Shown here piece after piece: positions 41,234-50,921 of a DNA stretch of 64,000 nt; within the stretch, counting starts at the first letter, position 1; every line of letters starts with the position of its first letter. This DNA comes from Patescibacteria group bacterium (GTDB lineage Bacteria > Patescibacteriota > Minisyncoccia > UBA6257 > 02-FULL-45-10c): contig JAHILT010000006.1 in assembly GCA_018896875.1 (NCBI GenBank), forward strand, positions 12,605-76,604. The letters are read 5' to 3'. Under the pieces are notes generated by a model. That model worked only from the letters and a program-made list of their open reading frames with translations, searched no databases and was not told the origin of the DNA. The position numbers and the translations under genes were made by a program.

Positions 41234-42436
41234 ATGATATTAGAGAATATTATAGTTCATAAAATTCTTGATTCACGAGGAGAACCTACTATAGAAGTAG
41301 AAGTTGTAGATGAAAATCTTAATTCTTTTTTTGCGCAAATTCCGTCTGGAAAAAGTACGGGCAAAAAAGAAGCTGTTGTTTTGAGTTTTGAAGAAGCAGA
41401 GAATGTTTTAAATACATTGGTCAAAAAAGAGATAATACACAAAAACTTTTCTTCAATTAAAGATATTGATAGTTTTTTAATTAGCCTTGATGGAACGGAG
41501 GATAAAAAGAAAGTTGGTGGTAATTTAATGCTGGGCATATCAATAGCTTTTGCTCGCGCTTTAGCCGCAAAAGAAAACAAAGAATTATGGCAAGTTTTGA
41601 AACAAGAATTTTGGGGAGGACTTATTTCTAATAAAAAACCGTTGATTTTTTCTAATTTAATAAATGGCGGAGCTCATACTGATAATAATTTAGACATTCA
41701 AGAGTATATGGTGGTTGTTGATCCGAAAGACGGAACGTACATAGACTGTATTAAGGTTCTAACTGATTTTTATAAAAAGCTCGGTGATTTATTGCTTGAA
41801 AAATATAAATTACAAGAATTAAAAATAGGCGATGAAGGAGGTTATTCATTAGACTTCCAAAATAATTTTGAACCAATAAAAATAATGGAAGATATGATAA
41901 ATTCAGAAGACCTAGCCGATTCTTTTTCTTTGGCGTTAGATGTAGCAGCTTCTAATTTTTATAAAGAAGGTAAGTATAATTTTGAAAATAATCTAATATC
42001 CTCAGAAGCATTAAAACAAGAATTTCTTAATTATTTAATAGAATCAAAATTATTAATGTCTATAGAAGATCCTTTTGACGAAGTAGATTTTGATGGTTTT
42101 AAAATGTTTAATAGTGAATTTTCTCGTGCATGGGTTATTGGAGACGACATAACAGTTACTAATCCGCAATTAGTTGAAAAATTTGCTAGAGAAAAATTGA
42201 TTAATGGAGTAATAATAAAACCTAATCAAATTGGAACTGTGTTTGAAACTTGTCAGACCATAAGAGCGGCTCAAGAGAATGGTTTAAAAACCATAGTATC
42301 TCATCGCTCAGGAGAAACCAAAGATGTTTTCATCATTCATTTAGCTAAAGCCGCCAACGTTGATGCAGTAAAAATCGGAGCACCTGTAAAAGAAAGACTT
42401 ATAAAATTTGATGAATTAATCAGACTGTACGATTAA
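41234..42436 (+). CDS. eno: Enolase (divergent, short)
   Basis: ILDSRGEPTIEVEV N-terminus, SHRSGETKD, IKPNQIGT. Confidence 0.8.
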   Translation: MILENIIVHKILDSRGEPTIEVEVVDENLNSFFAQIPSGKSTGKKEAVVLSFEEAENVLNTLVKKEIIHKNFSSIKDIDSFLISLDGTEDKKKVGGNLMLGISIAFARALAAKENKELWQVLKQEFWGGLISNKKPLIFSNLINGGAHTDNNLDIQEYMVVVDPKDGTYIDCIKVLTDFYKKLGDLLLEKYKLQELKIGDEGGYSLDFQNNFEPIKIMEDMINSEDLADSFSLALDVAASNFYKEGKYNFENNLISSEALKQEFLNYLIESKLLMSIEDPFDEVDFDGFKMFNSEFSRAWVIGDDITVTNPQLVEKFAREKLINGVIIKPNQIGTVFETCQTIRAAQENGLKTIVSHRSGETKDVFIIHLAKAANVDAVKIGAPVKERLIKFDELIRLYD

Positions 42437-42525
42437 ATCGTTTAGCGCTTTGACAAGCTTAATTGAATATTGCATACTGTTATTAGTATCGTTTTTTTGA
42501 CAAATTTTAAACAAGGAGAATGATT

Positions 42526-42711
42526 ATGAAAGATAAAGAAGCTGAGGAGAATAAAAAACAGCAACAACATAATTCTAATAAGATTAATATAACAGAAATT
42601 GTTTTTTTTGTATTTATATTAATTATTTTCATTATTGCCTTAATTGAAGAAAGGCCTGGTATTGAAAAAAAATCGCCAGAAATAGAACAAAGTCAAAATA
42701 AAACACACTAG
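42526..42711 (+). CDS. Small single-TM protein (SD-led orphan)
   Basis: SD AAGGAG at 42513-42518 fits the ATG at 42526, not the track start at 42520. One hydrophobic helix. Confidence 0.4.
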   Translation: MKDKEAEENKKQQQHNSNKINITEIVFFVFILIIFIIALIEERPGIEKKSPEIEQSQNKTH

Positions 42712-42722
42712 CTCTTTATTTA

Positions 42723-42757
42723 CCCCCACACCTATATATAAGTGTGGGGGTTTATTT
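42723..42757 (+). terminator. Intrinsic terminator with MITE-like arms
   Basis: CCCCCACAC-CTATATATAA-GTGTGGGGG followed by TTTATTT. Confidence 0.85.
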
Positions 42758-42790
42758 GTTGTAGAAGTATTTTTTGTTATAATTAAAAGG

Positions 42791-43981
42791 ATGTCATTAT
42801 CTTTTATAGGAAAGATTTTAGTTACTACAGGGATTATTGGATCTGCTTTTTTCTTTTTAAATGCGGATAATTTCGCTTTATTTAAAAGCCAGTCATGGTT
42901 GAATGGTGATTTAGTAATTAACAAAGAAGTATTGCTTGGTTCTACTTTTAGCGTTCTTTCTAGTCAGGCTGGCGTGGCGACTAGCACCGTAGATGATATT
43001 TTAAAGAAAGCAAAAGGAACTTATGATTTGTCTAATATTAAGACTGGCAACGAATTAATTTTTGTTTTTAACAAAAATACTAATGAGCTTAAAAAACTTG
43101 TTTATACTGTAAGTACGAAAGAAAAATTAGTAGTTGAAAACAATTCTAGTACAACTGAAAATGTATGGGAGGCAAGTATGGTGCCTATTGAATATTATGT
43201 TGAGATAGATTTAATTGAAGGCGGAATTGATTCTTCTTTATACAAAGCTATAACAGACAAAGGAATAGATGCTCGATTGGCTATTAAATTAGCTGAAGTT
43301 TTTGCTTGGCAAATAGATTTTGCGAAAGAAATTAAAAAAGATGATTATTTTAAGGTTATATATGAAAAAAAGTTTTTAGATGGTATTTATGTTATGCCTG
43401 GTAAAATTTTAGCAGCTAAGTTTATTGCTAGCGGAAATGTATATGATGGATTTTATTTTAAAGATAGCGATGGTCAAGAAGGATATTATGATAAAGATGG
43501 AAAGTCTTTACAAAAAGTGTTTTTAAAATCTCCTATACAATATAAATATATAAGTTCAGGTTATAGTTATAATAGGCTTAATCCCGTTACTAGAATAAGG
43601 CATCCTCATCGCGCTATTGATTATGCTGCTAACTATGGTACTCCAGTAGTGAGCATCGGAGACGGAACAGTCGTACAGGCAGGTTGGAATGGGGATTATG
43701 GTATATCAGTTAAAATTAGACATAATGGCACTTATAGTACTGTTTATGGGCATTTTTCTAGCTTGCCAAGAGAGATAAAGAAGGGAGTCGTTGTTAAACA
43801 AGGACAAGTTATAGGTTACGTTGGCTCAACTGGTATGTCTACTGGTCCGCACCTTCATTTTGAAATGCATAAATTTGGTAGCTTTATTAATCCTTTAACA
43901 TTTAAGTCCCCAGACGGGAAGTCTATAAAAGAAGCAGACAGATTTTTATTTGAAGAAACAAAACAACAATATGATATTTAA
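42791..43981 (+). CDS. M23-family (LytM-type) peptidoglycan metallo-endopeptidase
   Basis: HRAIDYAA...GSTGMSTGPHLHFEM. N-terminal TM. Confidence 0.85.
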   Translation: MSLSFIGKILVTTGIIGSAFFFLNADNFALFKSQSWLNGDLVINKEVLLGSTFSVLSSQAGVATSTVDDILKKAKGTYDLSNIKTGNELIFVFNKNTNELKKLVYTVSTKEKLVVENNSSTTENVWEASMVPIEYYVEIDLIEGGIDSSLYKAITDKGIDARLAIKLAEVFAWQIDFAKEIKKDDYFKVIYEKKFLDGIYVMPGKILAAKFIASGNVYDGFYFKDSDGQEGYYDKDGKSLQKVFLKSPIQYKYISSGYSYNRLNPVTRIRHPHRAIDYAANYGTPVVSIGDGTVVQAGWNGDYGISVKIRHNGTYSTVYGHFSSLPREIKKGVVVKQGQVIGYVGSTGMSTGPHLHFEMHKFGSFINPLTFKSPDGKSIKEADRFLFEETKQQYDI

Positions 43982-44028
43982 TATAAAAATTAAAATTAAA
44001 GTCGTCATATAAAATTTATTAATTTAAT

Positions 44029-44817
44029 ATGAGAAAAATTAAAAATAAAAAACTCATTCGATCCATTCGACAGGCTCAGGACAGGCAGGCTCAGGGCAAG
44101 ACAAAAATAGCCGTTTTTGATATAGACGGTACGATTTTTAGATCGTCTCTTTTAGTTGAACTAGTTAATTTAATGGTTGAAGATAAGCTTTTTTCAAAAT
44201 CAATAGAAAATGAGATTGAAAAAGATTATCATTCTTGGTTAAATCGTGAAGGAAATTATGATACTTATATAAACAAAGTTGCAGAAGTTTATTTTAAGCG
44301 TGTTGTTGGTTACCGATATAAAGACATAACTAAAGTAAGTAGGAAAGTTATGATAAAACAAAAGCGCAGAGTTTATCGTTTTACAAGAGATTTAGTTAAA
44401 GAATTGAAGGGGAAAGGATATTATTTGATTGCTATATCTGGTTCTCCGGTTTTTATGGTTAAAGATTTTGCTAAGAAAATGGGTTTTGATATAGCTTTTG
44501 GTACTGCGTTAGAAGTTCAAAATGGACTTATGACTGATCGTTTTGTAGCAAGAGATTCTTATAATAAAAAAAGCAAATTGCTTAAAAAAATAGTTAAAGA
44601 TTGTGATATTATTCCTGACTGGAAAAATTCTGTTGCTGTTGGTGATAGCGCCACTGATATTTCTATGCTTGAAATGGTTGGAAAGCCGATTGCTTTTAAT
44701 CCTGACGGAGTATTGGTAAAAACTGCGAAAAAAAATGGCTGGAGGATAGTAACAGAGCGTAAAAACGTAGTTTATGACATTAAAAAATTCGACTTTGTTC
44801 ATTATAAAAACCAGTAA
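44029..44817 (+). CDS. HAD-IB family hydrolase (SerB-like) with a repeat-derived N-terminal extension
   Basis: DIDGT motif I, SGSP motif II, GDSATD motif IV. The N-terminal LIRSIRQAQDRQAQGK is encoded by GC-rich repeats at 44054-44100. Confidence 0.75.
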   Translation: MRKIKNKKLIRSIRQAQDRQAQGKTKIAVFDIDGTIFRSSLLVELVNLMVEDKLFSKSIENEIEKDYHSWLNREGNYDTYINKVAEVYFKRVVGYRYKDITKVSRKVMIKQKRRVYRFTRDLVKELKGKGYYLIAISGSPVFMVKDFAKKMGFDIAFGTALEVQNGLMTDRFVARDSYNKKSKLLKKIVKDCDIIPDWKNSVAVGDSATDISMLEMVGKPIAFNPDGVLVKTAKKNGWRIVTERKNVVYDIKKFDFVHYKNQ

Positions 44818-44899
44818 AATACACTGGTTTTTATAGCTATTTTTTGCTATAATCTTTATACTAAAGTGTTGTTTTTAGATGTAAAATAATTATCTTAAA

Positions 44900-46852
44900 A
44901 TGCCAAAAAATATTAAAAAGAAGGAAGTCCCGATGACAAATCAAAACCCCTCTTATACAGCTAAGGATATTTATATTTTAGAAGGGCTTGATCCTGTTAG
45001 AAAAAGACCTGGTATGTATATTGGATCCACAGGAGTTGATGGGTTGCATCATTTAATTTGGGAGGTTATTGATAATTCTATAGATGAAGCTATGGCTGGT
45101 TATGCCAAAAATATTCGTCTTGAATTTTTACCAGACAATAAGATAAGTATAACTGATGATGGTCGTGGTATTCCCGTTGAGATTCATAAGCAGACAAAAA
45201 AATCAGCGCTAGAAACAGTAATGACAACTTTGCATGCTGGAGGAAAGTTTGGAGGTGATTCCTATAAGGTTTCAGGTGGATTACATGGAGTTGGTGTGTC
45301 TGTAGTTTGCGCTTTATCTTCTTGGTCAAGAGCTGAGGTATGTAGAGATGGTGAAATTTATGCACAAGAATACAAACAAGGCAAACCTCAATTCAAAGTC
45401 AAAAAAGTTGGAAAATCAAATAAGACTGGAACAAAAATTATTTTTCAAGCTGACTCAGAAATATTCAAAGTCATTGAGTTTAACAGAAAAAGGGTAATAG
45501 ATCATTTGCGTCAACAAGCTTTTTTGACGAAGGGGGTGAAAATAGAAATTGTTGATTCTAGGGAGTTGCCTGTTTTTTATCATGCCTTTAAATTTGATGG
45601 TGGAATTTTGTCTTTTATTAAATATTTAAGCGAAACGTCTAAAAATCTTCAAGAACAACCATTTTATATTGATAAAGAATACGAAGGAATAGGAGTGGAA
45701 GTTTCTTTTATTTTTAATGATGAGATGGAAACATCCGAATTAAGTTTTGCCAATAACATTCACACAGCAGATGGAGGAACCCATTTAACAGGGTTTCGTT
45801 CGGCTTTAACTAGAGTGCTTAATGATTTTGCGAAAAAAGAAGGATACACAAAACGTCTTGAAGATAATTTAACAGGAGATGACGTAAGAGAAGGTTTGAC
45901 TACTGTTATTTCTGTAAAAGTAAGAGAGCCTCAATTTGAAGGGCAAACGAAAGCAAGGCTTGGTAATACTGAAGCTAGGACTGCCGTTGAGAGTGTTGTC
46001 GGGGAAGCATTGAAAATTTTTTTGGAAAGATTTTCTTCTGATGGACGTAAAATTATAGAAAAATGTATGTTAGCTGCTAAGGCTAGAAAAGCAGCTAGAG
46101 CTGCCAGAGAAACAGTTTTAAGAAAAGGTGTTTTGGAAGGATTAACTCTTCCTGGAAAACTTTCTGATTGTAGTTCGCGCAGTCCCGAAGAATCTGAATT
46201 GTTTATTGTTGAGGGAGATAGTGCTGGCGGTAGTGCAAAACAAGGAAGAGATAGAAGGACGCAGGCTATTTTGCCATTGAAAGGCAAGATTTTAAATGTT
46301 GAAAAATCTAGAATAGATAAAATTCTTCTTAATAAAGAAATAAGATCTTTGGTTATAGCATTAGGAACAGCAATTGCTGAGTCGTTTGATATTTCCAAAA
46401 TTCGTTATCACAAAATTGTTTTGATGACCGACGCCGATGTTGATGGATCACATATCAGAACATTACTTCTTACTCTTTTTTATCGTTATTTTCCTAAAAT
46501 TATTAAAGATGGTTATCTTTATATAGCTCAGCCGCCTCTTTATCGTTTACAGAAAGGAAAAACCTTTGAGTACGTTTATACCGAAGCTGAAAAGGAAAAA
46601 ATGTTTAAGGAAATGTCTAAGAATAGCGATATAAAAATAGGCATTCAAAGATATAAGGGTCTTGGAGAAATGAACCCAGAACAGTTATGGGATACGACTA
46701 TGGATCCTGAGAATAGGCTTTTGAAGAAAGTAATTATAGACGATGCTGTAAGTGCAGACAAAATGTTTGATATTTTAATGGGGGAAGAAGTTGGTCCTCG
46801 TAAAAATTTTATTCAAGCACATGCTTTATCGGTTAAAAACTTAGATATTTAA
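44900..46852 (+). CDS. gyrB: DNA gyrase subunit B
   Basis: GLHHLIWEVIDNSIDE, GGLHGVG, EGDSAGG, PLKGKILNVE, DADVDGSHI. Confidence 0.97.
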   Translation: MPKNIKKKEVPMTNQNPSYTAKDIYILEGLDPVRKRPGMYIGSTGVDGLHHLIWEVIDNSIDEAMAGYAKNIRLEFLPDNKISITDDGRGIPVEIHKQTKKSALETVMTTLHAGGKFGGDSYKVSGGLHGVGVSVVCALSSWSRAEVCRDGEIYAQEYKQGKPQFKVKKVGKSNKTGTKIIFQADSEIFKVIEFNRKRVIDHLRQQAFLTKGVKIEIVDSRELPVFYHAFKFDGGILSFIKYLSETSKNLQEQPFYIDKEYEGIGVEVSFIFNDEMETSELSFANNIHTADGGTHLTGFRSALTRVLNDFAKKEGYTKRLEDNLTGDDVREGLTTVISVKVREPQFEGQTKARLGNTEARTAVESVVGEALKIFLERFSSDGRKIIEKCMLAAKARKAARAARETVLRKGVLEGLTLPGKLSDCSSRSPEESELFIVEGDSAGGSAKQGRDRRTQAILPLKGKILNVEKSRIDKILLNKEIRSLVIALGTAIAESFDISKIRYHKIVLMTDADVDGSHIRTLLLTLFYRYFPKIIKDGYLYIAQPPLYRLQKGKTFEYVYTEAEKEKMFKEMSKNSDIKIGIQRYKGLGEMNPEQLWDTTMDPENRLLKKVIIDDAVSADKMFDILMGEEVGPRKNFIQAHALSVKNLDI

Positions 46853-46929
46853 CAATCATTTAATAATTACAAGGACTTGAAAAGATAAGATAAGGTTGTT
46901 ATTATCTAATATAAATTAAAAATAAAAAT

Positions 46930-47112
46930 ATGTTTTCTAAATTTATATCATTTGTACAAGAGTCTAAACAAGAGCTTAGAAGAGTAGAGTGGCCAACACA
47001 AGCAGAAACAACTAAATTCACGATTATAGTTATTTTAATTTCGATAGGAGTATCTATATATTTAGGAGCATTGGACTATGTTTTTACTAAAATATTGGGA
47101 TTATTTATATGA
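46930..47112 (+). CDS. secE: Preprotein translocase subunit SecE
   Basis: 60 aa, ELRRVEWP motif plus a single TM. Overlaps the nusG start (ATGA). Confidence 0.85.
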   Translation: MFSKFISFVQESKQELRRVEWPTQAETTKFTIIVILISIGVSIYLGALDYVFTKILGLFI

Positions 47113-47684
47113 CGTCTAAACCTAAAAAAGAAGTAGAGAAACTAAAAGAAAAAATTGCAGAAAGACATTGGTATGCTATTCATACTTATTCTGGTTACGA
47201 AGATGCCGTTGTTAGATATTTAAAACAGAGAGTAGATTCTTTGGCGATGGATGATAAAATTTTTAATATTTTAGTTCCGAAAGAAACAAAAGTAAAAATT
47301 AAAAATGGGAAAAGAAAAACGGTAGAAGAAAAAATTTATCCAGGGTATGTTTTAGTAGATATGATTTTAAATGAAGACTCTTGGTATGTAGTTAGAAACA
47401 CTCCAAGAGTTACTGGTTTTGTTGGACCAGATTCTACAGTGCCAGTTCCTCTTTCTAAAGAAGAGATAGATGTTCTTATGATTCGCATGGGGGACAAGGA
47501 GGCTAAATTCAAAATTGATGTTTGTGTGGGAGAGACAGTAAAAATTATCGATGGTCCATTTAAAGATTATGATGCTAAGGTTTCTGAGGTTGACGAAGAT
47601 AAGGGTAAGGTTAAGGTGTTGGTGCCAATTTTTGGACGAGATACAGCAGTAGAGTTGGATTCTTTACAAATTAAAAAACAATAA
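47109..47684 (+). CDS. nusG: Transcription termination/antitermination factor NusG
   Basis: WYAIHTYSGYE NGN domain and C-terminal KOW (GETVKIIDGPFKDYDAKV). Confidence 0.95.
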   Translation: MTSKPKKEVEKLKEKIAERHWYAIHTYSGYEDAVVRYLKQRVDSLAMDDKIFNILVPKETKVKIKNGKRKTVEEKIYPGYVLVDMILNEDSWYVVRNTPRVTGFVGPDSTVPVPLSKEEIDVLMIRMGDKEAKFKIDVCVGETVKIIDGPFKDYDAKVSEVDEDKGKVKVLVPIFGRDTAVELDSLQIKKQ

Positions 47685-47690
47685 TCTAAT

Positions 47691-47730
47691 ACGAAATAAC
47701 GAATAAATTAACGAATTACTACGAATTAAA
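47691..47730 (+). repeat. Four direct ACGAA[T/A] repeats in the rplK leader
   Basis: ACGAA at 47691, 47699, 47711 and 47721. Followed by the CTAGTCGCTAA motif at 47762-47772. Confidence 0.75.
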
Positions 47731-47797
47731 AAATATCTTCCAAATTTGTATTTTTTCTTAACTAGTCGCTAACTATTAACAACTAACAACTATTTTT

Positions 47798-48223
47798 ATG
47801 GCAAAACCTATTAAAATAATTTTAAAATTACAATTAGAAGCAGGCAAGGCAAATCCTGCTCCTCCTGTTGGCACCGCATTAGGACCGCATGGAGTTAATA
47901 TTCAAGATTTTTGTAAAAAATTTAATGATGCCACGAAAGATATGATAGGGGATGTTGTTCCAGCTGAAATTACTATTTACGAAGATAGAAGTTTTGATTT
48001 TAAGCTTAAGACTTCACCAGCTTCCTCCTTACTTAAAAAAGCTGCTGGGATTGAAAAAGGCTCAGCAAATGCTTTGACTCAAAAAGTTGGCAAAGTTACC
48101 AAAGCTGATATAAAAGAAATAGCTGAAAAGAAAATGGTTGACTTAAATGCTTATGACTTAGACGCTGCGATGAAGATTATTGAAGGCACTGCAAGAAATA
48201 TGGGAATAGAAGTTGAGAAATAA
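47798..48223 (+). CDS. rplK: 50S ribosomal protein L11
   Basis: [26 protein letters not shown] signature. Confidence 0.97.
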   Translation: MAKPIKIILKLQLEAGKANPAPPVGTALGPHGVNIQDFCKKFNDATKDMIGDVVPAEITIYEDRSFDFKLKTSPASSLLKKAAGIEKGSANALTQKVGKVTKADIKEIAEKKMVDLNAYDLDAAMKIIEGTARNMGIEVEK

Positions 48224-48232
48224 ACAAAATAT

Positions 48233-48263
48233 AAAAAACCGGTCATTTAAATGACCGGTTTTT
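48233..48263. terminator. Bidirectional intrinsic terminator
   Basis: AAAAAACCGGTCATTTAAATGACCGGTTTTT, a perfect palindrome flanked by A and T runs. Confidence 0.9.
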
Positions 48264-48287
48264 GATTGTCTTTAATTAAGACACATA

Positions 48288-48536
48288 TTAAAATATCTTC
48301 TTAATCTTAAAGGAATAATACCAATATTTCTTTGCTATCCAAAAGTAGAGTTTACTAATTTTAAACACTAATGGTTTTTCTTGGTTGTGATTATGAGTGG
48401 TGGCGGTTATTTTACAACGCAAACATCGCCAGTCTTTCAGTTGTTCAAATTTTAAGAGATTATCCCGCCATGATTCTATTTCTGCAAAATTTCTTAAATC
48501 CCAAGCATGTCCAAACAAAAGACAAATTTTATTCAT
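48288..48536 (-). CDS. Small Cys/His protein, DUF1660-like (SD-led orphan)
   Basis: CLLFGHAW...CLRC pattern. SD GGAGGG (complement of 48541-48546). Confidence 0.4.
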   Translation of the reverse strand: MNKICLLFGHAWDLRNFAEIESWRDNLLKFEQLKDWRCLRCKITATTHNHNQEKPLVFKISKLYFWIAKKYWYYSFKIKKIF

Positions 48537-48659
48537 AACTCCCTCCTTTTAAAGTTCTATTGTCATTTTACATCTATTTTTTAATTTAGTCAAATTTACT
48601 ATTAGCTGATTTTTTGTCATTTATATATAATAAAATTTATACTATACTAAGATAAACAT

Positions 48660-49289
48660 ATGAAAAAAGGAAAATTTATTGTATTAGATGGAATAGATGG
48701 CTGTGGCAAAGGAACGATTCTTAAAAAAATCGCGTCTTATTTAGTTAATAAAAATAAAATGAGCCATGTCTTATTAACTCGTGAGCCATATATCTCTGAA
48801 CATAATGCTGAAATTCGAAGAATGATGAAAGAGAATGCTAATCCTTATGATAATGCTGAAATTTTCGCTGATCTTTTTGTAAAAGATAGAAAAGTTCATG
48901 CCGATTGGATTCAAAAAGAATTAGTAGCTGGGCATCACGTAGTTTGTGATAGATATAAATATTCGACATTAGCATATCAGCAAACACAAGGTATTTCTTT
49001 GATAAAACTTATAGAAATGCATAAAGGAGTTTTAATTCCAGATCTTGCGATAATTGTGGATGTGCCTGTGGAAGAAGCAATTCGTCGCGCCAATAAGGAC
49101 AAGAATAGAAATTTTAAGGAGGTTTTTGAAAAACAAGAATTTCAGGAAAAATTAAGAACGAATTATCTTGCTTTTCCCAAGGCTTTTCCGAAAGAAAATA
49201 TAGTTGTTTTAACGGGAGTTAGTTCTGATATAATTTTTGAAAAATCTAAAATTGAAATTGATAAAATTTTAAACGAGTCCCACACATAA
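48660..49289 (+). CDS. tmk: Thymidylate kinase
   Basis: P-loop DGIDGCGKGT, DRYKYST, LID-like RR motif. The last 4 codons and the stop lie inside MITE copy C. Confidence 0.9.
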   Translation: MKKGKFIVLDGIDGCGKGTILKKIASYLVNKNKMSHVLLTREPYISEHNAEIRRMMKENANPYDNAEIFADLFVKDRKVHADWIQKELVAGHHVVCDRYKYSTLAYQQTQGISLIKLIEMHKGVLIPDLAIIVDVPVEEAIRRANKDKNRNFKEVFEKQEFQEKLRTNYLAFPKAFPKENIVVLTGVSSDIIFEKSKIEIDKILNESHT

Positions 49290-49408
49290 CAAAAACTGAT
49301 AAAATATAATATTTTAAATATCATAAAAACTGATGAATAATTCGCGAGAAAATAATTAACAACATTAATTACAAAAGCCTTACTTTTGGGTTTTTGTTAT
49401 GTGGGGGA
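49278..49408 (+). mobile_element. MITE-like inverted-repeat element, copy C
   Basis: TCCCACACATAACAAAAAC ... GTTTTTGTTATGTGGGGGA (18/19 paired). Flanks are ACGAG and ATGAG. Confidence 0.85.
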
Positions 49409-50880
49409 TGAGTAAATATTTACCAACAATAGGATTAGAGGTTCACGCTGAGCTTTGTACTAAAACAAAGATGTTTTGTGATTGCCCAAATAATCCTAAT
49501 GAAAAAAGAGCCAATATTAATGTTTGTCCAATTTGCCTAGGCCACCCCGGGGCTTTGCCAGTTATAAATAGAAAAGCTATTGAGATGGTGATTAAAATTG
49601 GATTTGCCGTAAAAGGGGAGATTAATGATAATTTTAAATTTGACAGAAAAAATTATTTTTATCCCGACCTTCCTAAGGGTTATCAGATTTCACAAAGCGA
49701 TTTACCAATAGTAAAAGGAGGCATTGTAGATATTTCTAGTTACCTAGGATATGACAGAATAATAAAGGTTAATAGGGTTCATTTAGAAGAAGATGCGGGG
49801 AAATTAGTTCATAGCGTTGATAAAGAAGGAAAAGATATCTCATTGGTTAATTTTAATAGAGGAGGGCTTCCTTTAGTGGAAATGGTTTCTGAACCAGATA
49901 TTCATAGCGCTGAAGAAGCTGTGGCTTATGCAAAAGAATTGCAATTAATTTTACGTTATTTAGGGGCTTCTACTGCTGATTTAGAAAACGGACAAATGAG
50001 AGCAGACGTAAATATATCTATTAGTGATAACGATAATCTTGGCACTAAGGTTGAGATTAAGAATTTAAATTCTTTCAATTCTATTGGAAACTCAATTAAT
50101 TATGAGATAAAGAGACAGGCAGAAATTTTGTCTAACGATAAAAATACAAAAATCATTCACGAAACTCGTGGCTGGGACGACATAAAACAAAAAACTTTTT
50201 CTCAACGATCCAAAGAAGAGGCTCAAGATTATCGTTATTTTCCAGAACCAGATTTGCCACCTTTAACTAAAGATGGATTTGATATTGAAGGACTTTCTAA
50301 AAGTATTCCAGAGCTTCCTATAGAAAAAAGAGCACGATTTAATAAGCAATACGATTTATCCCCGGATCAAATAAGTATATTAATTGAAGACAAGAAAATG
50401 TCTGACTATTTTGAGCAGTCTCTTTCAGAGTTAGAGGCGGACAATCAAAAAAAAGCTAATCTAGAAAAGATAAAATTAATTTTTAATTATTTATCTAGTG
50501 ATTTGAGAGGATTATTAATTATTAAAGGAGTCGGGTTTGATGAATGTAAAATTACTCCTGAGAATTTTGCCGATCTTATAGATATGATAATAAAAAAAGA
50601 AATTACTAGTCGGGTTGCAAAAGATTTATTGGTTAAGATATTAGAAACAGGCTCTGATCCTAGAGATATAGTTAGTCAAGAAGGGTTGGGGCAAATTTCT
50701 GATGAAGCAGGGTTGAAAGATTTGGTTATAAAAATAATCGAAGAAAATCCAAAGGCAGTAGATGATTATAGAAAAGGCAAAATACAGGTTGTTATGTTTT
50801 TAATAGGAAAGACCATGGCTATTTTAAAGGGTCGTGGAAATCCAGATATTTTGAAAAAATTATTTAAAGAAAATATTTAA
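49408..50880 (+). CDS. gatB: Asp/Glu-tRNA amidotransferase subunit B
   Basis: IGLEVHAEL, CPICLGHPGALP, NRGGLPLVE, and a C-terminal YqeY-like domain. The start is moved to the ATG at 49408, outside the repeat. Confidence 0.92.
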   Translation: MSKYLPTIGLEVHAELCTKTKMFCDCPNNPNEKRANINVCPICLGHPGALPVINRKAIEMVIKIGFAVKGEINDNFKFDRKNYFYPDLPKGYQISQSDLPIVKGGIVDISSYLGYDRIIKVNRVHLEEDAGKLVHSVDKEGKDISLVNFNRGGLPLVEMVSEPDIHSAEEAVAYAKELQLILRYLGASTADLENGQMRADVNISISDNDNLGTKVEIKNLNSFNSIGNSINYEIKRQAEILSNDKNTKIIHETRGWDDIKQKTFSQRSKEEAQDYRYFPEPDLPPLTKDGFDIEGLSKSIPELPIEKRARFNKQYDLSPDQISILIEDKKMSDYFEQSLSELEADNQKKANLEKIKLIFNYLSSDLRGLLIIKGVGFDECKITPENFADLIDMIIKKEITSRVAKDLLVKILETGSDPRDIVSQEGLGQISDEAGLKDLVIKIIEENPKAVDDYRKGKIQVVMFLIGKTMAILKGRGNPDILKKLFKENI

Positions 50881-50892
50881 TACATAGGCAAT

Positions 50893-50920
50893 AAAAAAGG
50901 TCTCGCTCGAGACCTTTTTT
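50893..50920. terminator. Bidirectional intrinsic terminator between gatB and thrS
   Basis: AAAAAAGGTCTC-GCTC-GAGACCTTTTTT. Confidence 0.9.
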
Positions 50921-50921
50921 A

